The position numbers and the translations under genes are program-made. The notes under the pieces are model-generated. The model did no database searches, was not told the DNA's origin, and saw only the letters and a list, made by a program, of their open reading frames with translations. Shown here one piece after another: positions 46,034-54,110 of a stretch of DNA of 64,000 nt (its first letter is position 1; each line of letters opens with the position of its first letter). Origin of the DNA: a virus (lineage: Duplodnaviria; Caudoviricetes); IMG/VR virus record IMGVR_UViG_3300044259_000026, positions 9,786-73,785 of that record; one strand, given 5' to 3'.

Positions 46034-46848
46034 TCGACCAACTCCTCGTTAGCAAAGACAATGACTGCTTTGTTCCAAGCAGTGCCTTGGTAGTTCACAT
46101 GGTAGCCTTGGCTATATGTACGGCCACGTTTGCAGTACTTATGGCGAAGATGGAAGGCATCACTCTCTTTTGTGATGAGTCCCATAACTTCGTGAGCAGT
46201 GCGGTCATACTTTTCAAATGCTCGCTTACGCTTCTCGAAGTCTTCCTTAGTTTCACCTTCTTTAGGCTTATCCAAGTTACGCCATTCGTTCTTCACCATC
46301 TTGGCTACTCGCCAATCGATTTTGAACTTGATCTTGTTGAGGCGGTTGATGTGGTCGAGACACACATCATCCTCGTGGTGATTCTTCTTGAGGATAATAG
46401 AGCTGAAGGTGGTGTACATACCATCTTCACTGTTGCAGGTTACTTCTTTTGGTTCGATGATACTTGGCAGCGGGAATTGGAAACGGTCCAACTCTGCTTG
46501 CGTCTCATCACTGATGGTGAATTTGACGATGAACTTCATGGTGGCCCTGTCCCAGTCCACCAGATCGGCCTCACAGGCCTTATCGATGGCTTCTACGCAA
46601 TCCTGCATGTTCAGGAAGTGGTGCTTCAGGGAGCCAACAAGAGTATTAAGATCGCAGCGTTTATGCAGCGACATCTGTGCCAGAAGATCGATAACGAACT
46701 TTTCAGGCAAGCCTACATGTTCGGCATACGCAGCGAAGTCAAAGTCTTCACAGTCTTTGAACTCTTCGCGGATACGTGCCATCAGTTGGTTTTTGTTGAA
46801 CAGTTCTTCCAGTTCAATTTGACGCGCTTTCAATGCTTCTTGGCTCAT
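46030..46848 (-). CDS. RNAP1: RNA polymerase II subunit 1 (N4 gp15 type)
   Basis: CLDHINRLN, KRGRTYSQGYHVNYQG; N-terminal half of a T7-like RNAP. Confidence 0.9.
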   Translation of the reverse strand: MSQEALKARQIELEELFNKNQLMARIREEFKDCEDFDFAAYAEHVGLPEKFVIDLLAQMSLHKRCDLNTLVGSLKHHFLNMQDCVEAIDKACEADLVDWDRATMKFIVKFTISDETQAELDRFQFPLPSIIEPKEVTCNSEDGMYTTFSSIILKKNHHEDDVCLDHINRLNKIKFKIDWRVAKMVKNEWRNLDKPKEGETKEDFEKRKRAFEKYDRTAHEVMGLITKESDAFHLRHKYCKRGRTYSQGYHVNYQGTAWNKAVIVFANEELVE

Positions 46849-46871
46849 GGCCTGCTCCTTAGAAAGTTAGT

Positions 46872-47207
46872 TTAGATCTCAAAACCCAGTTGCAGTTGCT
46901 GCATATCTTCCGGTATCTCAGGGCAGGACTTATATTCCCACCATTCGCTACCGTCGTACTCACCGCGCTCAGACCAAGTGCCGTCCGTATACCAAATAGT
47001 TCCGTACAGGTTTTGTCTGCCGTAACCATCGTCGTATTCAACATCCAACATGTTAATGAACTGCTCATACTGCTCTTGGGTATGCCCTACTGGTAGACTG
47101 GCTACGCCGATATCGTCATTCCAAGTGGGGTCACCATTAGTCAAACGTATGCACTTGACTTGCTTGGTTCCAATTTCCTTGAGAATTTCTTCTTTAGCGT
47201 TAATCAC
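46872..47207 (-). CDS. Hypothetical phage protein (111 aa)
   Basis: YDDGYG.Q.L.G.IW..DGTW..RGEYDGSEWW motif. Confidence 0.7.
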   Translation of the reverse strand: MINAKEEILKEIGTKQVKCIRLTNGDPTWNDDIGVASLPVGHTQEQYEQFINMLDVEYDDGYGRQNLYGTIWYTDGTWSERGEYDGSEWWEYKSCPEIPEDMQQLQLGFEI

Positions 47208-47590
47208 TACATTGTGCCCCAGTAGTTGTGGTCGTCACCCAGAATTGGTCGCCATGCTTCATCGAAGTAGCAATTCTTGGGTGCATTGACGAACATTGGC
47301 GCAATGTCCTTATCGCGGTAACCGGCAAGTCCACAGCCAATGCGGGTTACTTGGAACAGCACTTTGCGGTGGTCAATTGCATAGGCAATAAAGCCATCCA
47401 CGTACATCTTGATGCGATCCAATGGAAGAGTGAGGATGTCCTCGTTCTTGGTTGGGATAGCAAAGCTGTCACCGAAGTGACCATAGCCCTTACCATAGCG
47501 AGCACCCTTACTCTTCCAAGCGAACTTGGCTGCGCCTGCACCGTGGATACCAGCAGCGTTGCTGCCGAATACGAATACCATCTCCTTCAT
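47207..47590 (-). CDS. VFVFGSN-family protein (macro-domain-like; N4 gp14 type)
   Basis: VFVFGSNAAGIHGAGAA, FAIPT, VTRIGCGLAGY. Confidence 0.75.
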   Translation of the reverse strand: MKEMVFVFGSNAAGIHGAGAAKFAWKSKGARYGKGYGHFGDSFAIPTKNEDILTLPLDRIKMYVDGFIAYAIDHRKVLFQVTRIGCGLAGYRDKDIAPMFVNAPKNCYFDEAWRPILGDDHNYWGTM

Positions 47591-47793
47591 TACAGACTCC
47601 CCCACGTTTGGTGATCAGCTTCGGTCATGCGACCGCTATCTTGGTTTTCAAGTTCGTACTTCTTCAGATCTTCACGGTGCTCATCGCAAGCATGCTTGAA
47701 CTGAAAGTTTCCTTGACTACGCCATACTGCTCGTACCGTTTTTTCAGGACAAAACTTGCACCAAGGTTTGTGCTCTTCTTTGATCATCTTCAT
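47590..47793 (-). CDS. Small Zn-finger-like protein (67 aa)
   Basis: CKFC...ACDEH. Confidence 0.6.
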   Translation of the reverse strand: MKMIKEEHKPWCKFCPEKTVRAVWRSQGNFQFKHACDEHREDLKKYELENQDSGRMTEADHQTWGSL

Positions 47794-47802
47794 GTGATGC
47801 TC

Positions 47803-48015
47803 CTATCTGGTTCTGTAGTTATTGCCAACGATCTCCATACCTTGGAGATACTCAAGCATTTCTTGTTGAAGCTTTTTGACCGCATCTTCTCGATAAGCCC
47901 GAACCTCAATTCGTCCGTACCAAATACTCAGACCATCAGGCTCTGCGTAATCCAGCTCTGCGGTGTAAATTCCACAGTTTGATTCCGAGATTTCACCTAG
48001 TTTCCACTGGCTCAT
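47803..48015 (-). CDS. Hypothetical protein, MSQWK paralog B (70 aa)
   Basis: ATGA overlap; similar to 48012-48215. Confidence 0.65.
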   Translation of the reverse strand: MSQWKLGEISESNCGIYTAELDYAEPDGLSIWYGRIEVRAYREDAVKKLQQEMLEYLQGMEIVGNNYRTR

Positions 48016-48215
48016 TCGTAGGTTACTCCACACATTTCAGCGGCCTGCAGCGATTGAAGAATGAAATCCCTAACTTGTGTAGCCTCTTCCTCGGTACTTC
48101 GGTGTACTTCTATACATTGAAACCAGCCAACCTGATTTATGCAGGCTGTCCAACATCCCCTATCGGTATTTCCATAGCGTTGGAAAGTGACGATTCCTGC
48201 TTTCCACTGACTCAT
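48012..48215 (-). CDS. Hypothetical protein, MSQWK paralog A (67 aa)
   Basis: GGAGG RBS; similar to 47803-48015. Confidence 0.65.
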   Translation of the reverse strand: MSQWKAGIVTFQRYGNTDRGCWTACINQVGWFQCIEVHRSTEEEATQVRDFILQSLQAAEMCGVTYE

Positions 48216-48230
48216 GGTTTCCTCCAGCCA

Positions 48231-48260
48231 ATAAAAAAGAGAGCCTTAGGCTCTCTTCTT
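48231..48260 (-). terminator. Rho-independent terminator
   Basis: AAGAGAGCC-TTA-GGCTCTCTT with minus-strand TTTTTT. Confidence 0.8.
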
Positions 48261-48327
48261 GGGTTTGGTGTGCCTGTACTCGGTTGGCGAGTGAGGGTTA
48301 CACCGACTGCACCGGCACAGCACAATG

Positions 48328-48546
48328 CTAATACCGGTCGTCCGACATACCGCTGTCATTCTTGATACTCCTGCGGATTAGGTTGATCACCGTGAACAGC
48401 CCGGCGAGTATTACACCGAGCGTCAGGACAAAGGCTTTGTCCATTGGTTCAAGGTGTTCCCACGAAACGACCATAGTGAATCCCACGACCACCGCAAGGA
48501 TGGACAGCAGGATTCGGGTCATGATCTTAGCGATCAGTTTGATCAT
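48328..48546 (-). CDS. Two-TM membrane protein (72 aa)
   Basis: Two hydrophobic helices; GAGG RBS. Confidence 0.65.
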   Translation of the reverse strand: MIKLIAKIMTRILLSILAVVVGFTMVVSWEHLEPMDKAFVLTLGVILAGLFTVINLIRRSIKNDSGMSDDRY

Positions 48547-48664
48547 CGGATTCCTCGTTCTCTCGGGCTTGTCGATCAAGCTCCTCTTGCTCTTTACGGT
48601 ACTGGACTTCTTCAGGCATTTCAGTGAAGTGACGATCCAGTTGACGATGGTTGAGCTTACTCAC
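48527..48664 (-). CDS. Small acidic protein (45 aa), not in ORF track
   Basis: Hand translation; GTG start overlapping NADAR gene end. Confidence 0.45.
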   Translation of the reverse strand: MSKLNHRQLDRHFTEMPEEVQYRKEQEELDRQARENEESDDQTDR

Positions 48665-49409
48665 CTTGATACTCTCCGATTGCTTTCAGTAGGACTTGTT
48701 TGATGATGTCGCCATGGCACTGCTTGGGGTAGCAGAAGCATTGCAGCCTCAGCTCACCTGTATCCATGGCAATGTTGCCGAGCCGATTCAGCTCGTCAAT
48801 GATCTTTGGCTCATTCCGATTGATGGCATCAGCCAGGTAGATCCTGTACCTTCCGATGACAGCCTCACGACTGTCATTGACAGTGGTCCCTATTGGGAAT
48901 GGGTTACCCAGCGGACTACCACGACCAATGTACTCACCTTCCATCTTGTGATGTTTGTTCACCACTTGGATGTTTGGTTGTTGGATCTCTGCTCTGATTT
49001 TCATCAGAGTCTTGCCTAGCAGGTTCTGTCCTTGGTTCGTCTTCAGACAGACTCCCCAAATCTTGTCACCCCACCAGTTACCTTCGATCAATTCAGCATT
49101 GCCCGTGCTTCGCAGCATGTCACGCAGTTGAGGATGGCTGAACTTGGACCTGAGGATGGTCTCCATCAAAGAAACTTTGACAGATTCCCAATCCGGACGG
49201 AGTTTCAGCCTGCGGCCCAGCTTCTTAGCCTCTCCCGGTGTAGGACACTGGAGGATTGCTTGCTGTAACTCAGCATTGTGAGTCTTTGCTGCCATGTAGG
49301 CATGCTCACTGGATGGCCAAGTGGTCCCCATGAATTCCACGGGGGCCATGTAGAAGTTACTCAGGAATCGGTACTGCCCCTTGAACTCTTTGATCTGATT
49401 CAAGCTCAT
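48657..49409 (-). CDS. NADAR (YbiA-like) domain fused to DUF4326-like domain
   Basis: FLSNFY, SEHAYMAAK, AKKLGR, DKIWG, GQNLLGKTLM; then YIGRGSPLGNPF...CFCYPKQCHGD. Confidence 0.88.
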   Translation of the reverse strand: MSLNQIKEFKGQYRFLSNFYMAPVEFMGTTWPSSEHAYMAAKTHNAELQQAILQCPTPGEAKKLGRRLKLRPDWESVKVSLMETILRSKFSHPQLRDMLRSTGNAELIEGNWWGDKIWGVCLKTNQGQNLLGKTLMKIRAEIQQPNIQVVNKHHKMEGEYIGRGSPLGNPFPIGTTVNDSREAVIGRYRIYLADAINRNEPKIIDELNRLGNIAMDTGELRLQCFCYPKQCHGDIIKQVLLKAIGEYQGE

Positions 49410-49596
49410 CGCAAATGTGCTCCATGATGTTGAGCAGTTCATGAACGTCATGGTCCTCAGGCAGTTCGAACTCCAATGGCCAGTTAGCCAACGTAGTTCT
49501 TGCCGCATGGACACAATCCCGGAAAACATTACTCAGGTACTTCCTCCGCACATGCAGAGGATCGTTACCCGAGGTGAGTCGTCCTTTCTTGATCAT
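49357..49596 (-). CDS. Hypothetical protein (79 aa)
   Basis: GGGAGG RBS; overlaps NADAR start. Confidence 0.55.
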   Translation of the reverse strand: MIKKGRLTSGNDPLHVRRKYLSNVFRDCVHAARTTLANWPLEFELPEDHDVHELLNIMEHICDELESDQRVQGAVPIPE

Positions 49597-49759
49597 TGTC
49601 TTCCCGCCTCCCAGTCATGAAGTAGGGCAAATTCTTAGAGGAGTTCCAACCACAATGATAGTGGCCCGGTTCTCCTGCCTTAAGGCAATTGGCCCTTTCA
49701 AGGTCATCCTGTACAGGATCAGACCCTGTAGCTTTTCTGAACATCTCTGCAGTGATCAT
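49565..49759 (-). CDS. Hypothetical protein (64 aa)
   Basis: AAGGAGG RBS; DDLERANC..AG..GH..CGW. Confidence 0.7.
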   Translation of the reverse strand: MITAEMFRKATGSDPVQDDLERANCLKAGEPGHYHCGWNSSKNLPYFMTGRREDNDQERTTHLG

Positions 49760-49971
49760 TGCCCCTCCTTCAGGGGTAAGCAGCTGATTCCTTTCGTGGT
49801 CCTATAGCAGACATTGCCCAGTTCCCGGTCAATGCTTCTGAACCAACCATCCCCTATTTCTTCCTTGCCGGGTTCGTTGGCAGATAATCCCACCTTCTGC
49901 CCAATTTGGGCGATGCCAAGCAGCACTATCGCAGTAATCATCATTGCCAAAATCACAGGGTTTACTTGCAT
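49756..49971 (-). CDS. Membrane-anchored protein (71 aa)
   Basis: GGAG RBS; N-terminal TM; CY...ISC. Confidence 0.65.
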   Translation of the reverse strand: MQVNPVILAMMITAIVLLGIAQIGQKVGLSANEPGKEEIGDGWFRSIDRELGNVCYRTTKGISCLPLKEGQ

Positions 49972-49981
49972 TGGTTCTCTC

Positions 49982-50524
49982 CTAGATATGCAGGGAAATA
50001 TGGGCACGCTCTTTACCAGCAGCCATGTCCCAAGTCATTTTGGTTCCACCATCCGCTGGCACATCACCAGTACCGAAGGTGAACGCCATCATGTGGGTAC
50101 AGTCTCTTGCTACCAAGGCGTTACGGGTGGCCATAGCCTTGTAGCCTTTGGCTATTGGTTGGGTGGTGACAGTGCAGGTTTTCCTGTTCATGCACTCCCA
50201 GATGTGCCTCAATGAGTCGAATCCGAGATTGTTCGAGAACAGACAGTGGTAGTAGTGACAAGCATTGCCACTGGTTCCGTACTCACCATGGAACTGTCCA
50301 TTGGAGAATGGTGCAGGCAGATGCAGGATCAGCTCCTTGCATAGTCCATTGAGATAGGCCCAGACGGCCACATGATCTGCCCATGCAGCACCACCGGATA
50401 CCAGTATGTCTGTTGGTTCCACCTCAGCAGCCAAGGTTTCACACATGAAATCCCAGTGACTACCTGTCATGGGGATGCTTTTGTCACGCCCAGCAGTACC
50501 AATCACAGCGATTACACGGTTCAT
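49982..50524 (-). CDS. SLOG-superfamily protein (YspA/DprA-like Rossmannoid)
   Basis: IAVIGTAGR, LVSGGAAWADHVA, RNALVA, GGT..T. Confidence 0.75.
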   Translation of the reverse strand: MNRVIAVIGTAGRDKSIPMTGSHWDFMCETLAAEVEPTDILVSGGAAWADHVAVWAYLNGLCKELILHLPAPFSNGQFHGEYGTSGNACHYYHCLFSNNLGFDSLRHIWECMNRKTCTVTTQPIAKGYKAMATRNALVARDCTHMMAFTFGTGDVPADGGTKMTWDMAAGKERAHISLHI

Positions 50525-50621
50525 AACTTCTCCTAGATAGGTTGTTTCTGGCTCAGTTGCCCTTTAGGCATGCTTAGCGAAAATCAGTCGATTTTTCTAC
50601 TTTGACATTTAGGTCAGTTGA

Positions 50622-50903
50622 CTACAGGTTTTGACTTTTCAACTCTTCAATCCACTGAAGGTAGAAGTCTTTACAGGCTTCGAAACCTTCAAGGTCGCTT
50701 GCCTCATCAGGCATCTGCCCAGTACACATCAGGGCAGAGAGCAAAGCAGAGCAGCACGGGTCCATTGAGTGAACCTTTTCCATCACAGCTGCCACATGCT
50801 CTCGGAGGCCTAAGGCTTTAAGGGCATGGCACATGTACACATGTTGCTCCCACGAGTACATCTCTGTATCGATTGCTTTCTGCAACGCTTCACTGAGTTT
50901 CAT
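50622..50903 (-). CDS. Hypothetical protein (93 aa)
   Basis: GGAG RBS; ATGA overlap. Confidence 0.65.
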   Translation of the reverse strand: MKLSEALQKAIDTEMYSWEQHVYMCHALKALGLREHVAAVMEKVHSMDPCCSALLSALMCTGQMPDEASDLEGFEACKDFYLQWIEELKSQNL

Positions 50904-51322
50904 TGGTTCTGCTCCAAGTATTTGAGTCCTTTATCTGTCAGTTCGTAATCTCCCCGACAGCCGCAGTAACAACCATCCACATAACCTTTGAGAATCAGGT
51001 TACGCATCTTGGCTTGTACTAGTTTCTCAGGTGCTCCTTTGGGCATAGCCTCCTGAACAGAGTTAGTCCAATTAGGAAAGCAAGTTCCCCACTTACCATT
51101 CAGATTCTTCAGGAACTGAAGTATTGGCAGTGTAGGAATGTCTTTGCACTGAGGCTTATCAGTACGCAGCTCATTGTCTAAGTAAGCCTTACCGCTCTCA
51201 CCAATCTGGTGATAGTACTTAGCCATCTCAACGAGCCTATCCCTATCCAAATTGTTATGGATGGATTGGACACCCTCTTTGGCGATCCTATGTCTGATCC
51301 ATTCTTGTACATGAGTGATCAT
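50900..51322 (-). CDS. Hypothetical protein with winged-helix-like C-terminus (140 aa)
   Basis: KLVQAKMRNLILKGYVDGC.CGCRGDYELTDKG. Confidence 0.7.
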   Translation of the reverse strand: MITHVQEWIRHRIAKEGVQSIHNNLDRDRLVEMAKYYHQIGESGKAYLDNELRTDKPQCKDIPTLPILQFLKNLNGKWGTCFPNWTNSVQEAMPKGAPEKLVQAKMRNLILKGYVDGCYCGCRGDYELTDKGLKYLEQNQ

Positions 51323-51600
51323 TTGTTCAGCTCTCTGATGAATGCTTTTCTCTTTTGGCTACGCTGTTTGGAGTTACCATTGAAGTAGAGGTAACCCCTG
51401 TCTTGATGTTTACCATCGGCCAGCATCCATCGAACATCCCCGTTGTTCAGAATGGAAACGTAGCAATAGAACGGGCCAGTGAAGTGCTCTCTGTACCACT
51501 CAGGTTTAAACATCTTTGGGAGCCTCGTGAATTCGTCGATCCAGATCATCTGGGCAATCTTTCCCTGCAGCCTCGGCTTCAGAACCTTCATCGAGCACAT
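51319..51600 (-). CDS. Hypothetical protein (93 aa)
   Basis: Tightly packed ORF. Confidence 0.6.
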   Translation of the reverse strand: MCSMKVLKPRLQGKIAQMIWIDEFTRLPKMFKPEWYREHFTGPFYCYVSILNNGDVRWMLADGKHQDRGYLYFNGNSKQRSQKRKAFIRELNK

Positions 51601-51606
51601 CTTGGA

Positions 51607-51903
51607 TTACTCTTGGTTCAGTATTTCGAGGATACATTCCAGTTCAAACTCAGGGAGCTTGAACAGACCATTCTCTGGCCCACGCTTAAACTCGACATCA
51701 TTGAGTCTGAGTACCCAAGAACTGTCACGGATAACAAACTGTCCGATGGGAGCATTGTTCGCATCAGTTAGCAGGCCATTACTGTCTACACGGAACAGTA
51801 CTGTTTGGGTATCACGGTCGATGTAATTGACGCTGTCGTCTTTGGTATCTAGTACCTGCAACAGCACACCATCTTTGTAGCGGGTATGGTGCATGGTGGT
51901 CAT
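51607..51903 (-). CDS. Hypothetical protein (98 aa)
   Basis: AAAGGA RBS. Confidence 0.65.
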   Translation of the reverse strand: MTTMHHTRYKDGVLLQVLDTKDDSVNYIDRDTQTVLFRVDSNGLLTDANNAPIGQFVIRDSSWVLRLNDVEFKRGPENGLFKLPEFELECILEILNQE

Positions 51904-51916
51904 TGGTTCAGTTCCT

Positions 51917-52111
51917 TTAAGAGAGGATTATTCCGATTGCTGCCATTAGGCAGATGCCCATGATTACTGTGAGTATTGCCCAGCCGAATCCCCAAAGGAT
52001 TGCCAGAGGGATACTTTCATCTTTTGGCCAACCATCTTTGTATTCACGGAAGCTCATTACTGCCCACACGATGATTGCCAAGATCATGAGGAGCTTAATT
52101 GCTAACATCAT
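51917..52111 (-). CDS. Two-TM membrane protein (64 aa)
   Basis: Hydrophobic helices; GAGG RBS. Confidence 0.6.
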   Translation of the reverse strand: MMLAIKLLMILAIIVWAVMSFREYKDGWPKDESIPLAILWGFGWAILTVIMGICLMAAIGIILS

Positions 52112-52310
52112 TTGGACCATCCTCTTTTAGGAACTCGGTTAGTTGAATCATCATCTTTCGGGCGTGGTGTTTACTGATCACTACATGGATTAATTTATCG
52201 TGTTGCCCGGTAGACTCTTCTGCCGATACCACTAGGTAGTCCCTGTACTTATCGTCATCGATGATGATTGCTTTTTGAATACCAGAGTCACATGGGTACA
52301 TAGTTTTCAT
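52095..52310 (-). CDS. Hypothetical protein (71 aa)
   Basis: AAGGGG RBS. Confidence 0.6.
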   Translation of the reverse strand: MKTMYPCDSGIQKAIIIDDDKYRDYLVVSAEESTGQHDKLIHVVISKHHARKMMIQLTEFLKEDGPNDVSN

Positions 52311-52314
52311 TGGT

Positions 52315-52581
52315 TCAATCCCCTTTGAAGTTTGGGTAGACGGTCAGATCAGTTGCCTCAACCTCTCTTCCGGTTGGTTCTTGGTACCAATCCGGTTTGT
52401 TGTCTTCCCATGCCAGTTCGACAGCCTTTTCCAGACTGTCAGCATAGTAGCTACGTTGGCCTACATGGACAAACCAAGTACGGGTTACATCATCTTGATA
52501 GAAGCGGACAGAGCAATCAGTTCCGTTCTCCACATAACCCGCGAGTTGACGCATTTTGGTGAACAGTGAAATGGTGTTCAT
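52315..52581 (-). CDS. Hypothetical protein (88 aa)
   Basis: AAGGA RBS; ATGA overlap. Confidence 0.65.
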   Translation of the reverse strand: MNTISLFTKMRQLAGYVENGTDCSVRFYQDDVTRTWFVHVGQRSYYADSLEKAVELAWEDNKPDWYQEPTGREVEATDLTVYPNFKGD

Positions 52582-52793
52582 CGGTTCAAATCCTTCAGAA
52601 GTTTTCTACGTTGCTGTCGGCGTTGTTTACTGTTTCCACTGAGTGGTGCTATGTAAACTGGACTATCACAGCAGTCGATAATCCAATCACGGGTGATGAT
52701 TCCATTGTTGGACCATTTAGATACCGTGAATGGGCCATCTTTTTTACGTGCGATGTATTCAACGGTTTTTGGGAATGAGCGGATCATGACCAT
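52578..52793 (-). CDS. Hypothetical protein (71 aa)
   Basis: ORF following terminator; AAGGAAG RBS. Confidence 0.6.
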   Translation of the reverse strand: MVMIRSFPKTVEYIARKKDGPFTVSKWSNNGIITRDWIIDCCDSPVYIAPLSGNSKQRRQQRRKLLKDLNR

Positions 52794-52823
52794 CTTCCTT
52801 AGGAACTATCAGAAGGCGAAGCC

Positions 52824-52845
52824 AACCAGCCCCGAAGGGCTGGCT
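52824..52845 (-). terminator. UUCG-tetraloop hairpin after gp2 (terminator-like)
   Basis: Minus strand CCAGCCC-TTCG-GGGCTGG. Confidence 0.6.
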
Positions 52846-52857
52846 AGGTTCTAACGG

Positions 52858-53271
52858 TTAAGCACCGAACAGCTTGCGAGCGAATTGGTTTTCACCAGTT
52901 GGTGCAGGCGGTTCACCACCGATGCGACGGAGTTGGATTTGCAGTTGGTCATCTGGGTTGATGATGACGGCATTGCCCGGTTCCAGTTGCTTGGCAGCTT
53001 CCAGCAGTTGGTCACGCAGGTCGTTACGAGCTTGCATGAACTGGTTGTACTCGGCATTGCGACCAGTGGTCTTGAGGTCTTCGATCTGATCGAGAGGGAT
53101 ACCCTGACCGAGGGAGACGAACCAAGTTTCGCCGTCTTCTTGCTGGATGCCAGAGTCATAGCCGATGTTCAGCCAGAACTCAGCTTTCGGACGTTGAGCA
53201 GCAGGAGTGGTTGCAGCTTGAGCAGCAGCAGGAACACCGAAGGTACGAGTGAGACCGTTGATTTTCGACAT
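52858..53271 (-). CDS. gp2: N4 gp2-like ssDNA-binding activator of RNAP II (137 aa)
   Basis: RPKAEFWLNIGY...GIPLD...ARNDL..QL...LEPG...LRR...NQFARKLF; AAGGAG RBS. Confidence 0.9.
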   Translation of the reverse strand: MSKINGLTRTFGVPAAAQAATTPAAQRPKAEFWLNIGYDSGIQQEDGETWFVSLGQGIPLDQIEDLKTTGRNAEYNQFMQARNDLRDQLLEAAKQLEPGNAVIINPDDQLQIQLRRIGGEPPAPTGENQFARKLFGA

Positions 53272-53307
53272 GGTAAAGCTCCTTAATAGATAGAATGGGA
53301 TTATTCC

Positions 53308-53326
53308 CAAAAGGTGCGCAGCACCT
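53308..53326 (-). promoter_or_regulatory. Virion RNAP hairpin promoter (P2-like), +1 at 53308, transcribing leftward
   Basis: Template (plus) strand C-AAAA-GGTGC-GCA-GCACC-T has N4 promoter geometry; lies 37 nt upstream of gp2. Confidence 0.85.
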
Positions 53327-53402
53327 AGTAGATCAGGTACAGGTAGCAGAGGACTGCAGTGGTTAGACACACCAAGTACATGAAGCCTTCAAACGACATT
53401 AC

Positions 53403-53546
53403 TTAATCCTCAGACAACCAAGTGATGATGAAGCCAGCGATTACAGTTGTTACACCCAACCAAGTTGGGATGATGTTCTCAACTATTGCGAAGCCAGTGA
53501 TGGCGATGACAATGCCGAGGATGACCAACATGATTGAGCGATACAT
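53403..53546 (-). CDS. Small two-TM early protein (47 aa), not in ORF track
   Basis: MYRSIMLVILGIVIAITGFAIVENIIPTWLGVTTVIAGFIITWLSED; AAGGT RBS. Confidence 0.55.
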   Translation of the reverse strand: MYRSIMLVILGIVIAITGFAIVENIIPTWLGVTTVIAGFIITWLSED

Positions 53547-53641
53547 TTAGGTAACCTTTAGGTTGAGGGTATGGTTGGACTGGAGTTGAGGGAAGGGGAA
53601 ATGCAATGCAGATTTACTGCCCTAGCACTCCCCTGACTCAG

Positions 53642-53728
53642 TTACCTCATAAGGGCGATGACCAAACGTGGCATCAACCAGAAGTTGAGGACGTAGCTGA
53701 TGTTGTACAGATTGGTTACACCCAGCAT
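53642..53728 (-). CDS. Micro-ORF (28 aa) after gp1, not in ORF track
   Basis: Strong AAGGAG RBS 6 nt upstream; MLGVTNLYNISYVLNFWLMPRLVIALMR. Confidence 0.5.
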   Translation of the reverse strand: MLGVTNLYNISYVLNFWLMPRLVIALMR

Positions 53729-53731
53729 GAG

Positions 53732-54058
53732 TTACTCCTTAGAGTCTTCAGGACGCAGCAGACTTGTGAAGCGCTGATAGGCTTCGTTGTAGTGAGCAGC
53801 ATGACGCTCGGACTTCAGGCAGAACTTGTCGGCCTTGATGGCGAGAGATGCACGTTCCTCGGATTTCTCCATGATGAGGTTCTCGATGAAGGTCTCTTTG
53901 TCTGCGATCTGACGGATGCGTTGGTTCTCAGCAGCTTGACCTACGAACGAGGTGGCCATGCCTACAGCAGTGGATACAGTATCCAGAGTTGCAGTCACGG
54001 TATTTGCAGTCGAGCTTACGGTGTTGAGCAGAGCGCTGAAGGTCATACGAGTGGACAT
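53732..54058 (-). CDS. gp1: N4 gp1-like early protein (108 aa)
   Basis: MSTRMTFSALLNTVSSTANTV...; first gene after hairpin promoter; GGAG RBS. Confidence 0.8.
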   Translation of the reverse strand: MSTRMTFSALLNTVSSTANTVTATLDTVSTAVGMATSFVGQAAENQRIRQIADKETFIENLIMEKSEERASLAIKADKFCLKSERHAAHYNEAYQRFTSLLRPEDSKE

Positions 54059-54091
54059 AGGATGGACTCCATTGATTGAGGGCATGATTGC

Positions 54092-54110
54092 CATACGATG
54101 CGCAGCATCG
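54092..54110 (-). promoter_or_regulatory. Virion RNAP hairpin promoter (P1-like), +1 at 54092, transcribing leftward
   Basis: Template C-ATAC-GATGC-GCA-GCATC-G; same geometry and loop as 53308. Confidence 0.85.

Noticed and set aside
52815-52823. GGC-GAA-GCC mini-hairpin as a third vRNAP promoter
   Set aside because: Only a 3-bp stem, and no C at the expected +1 spacing.
17862-53286. Many plus-strand ORFs of 100-500 aa overlapping minus-strand genes
   Set aside because: Shadow frames of well-supported genes; no RBS or motifs.
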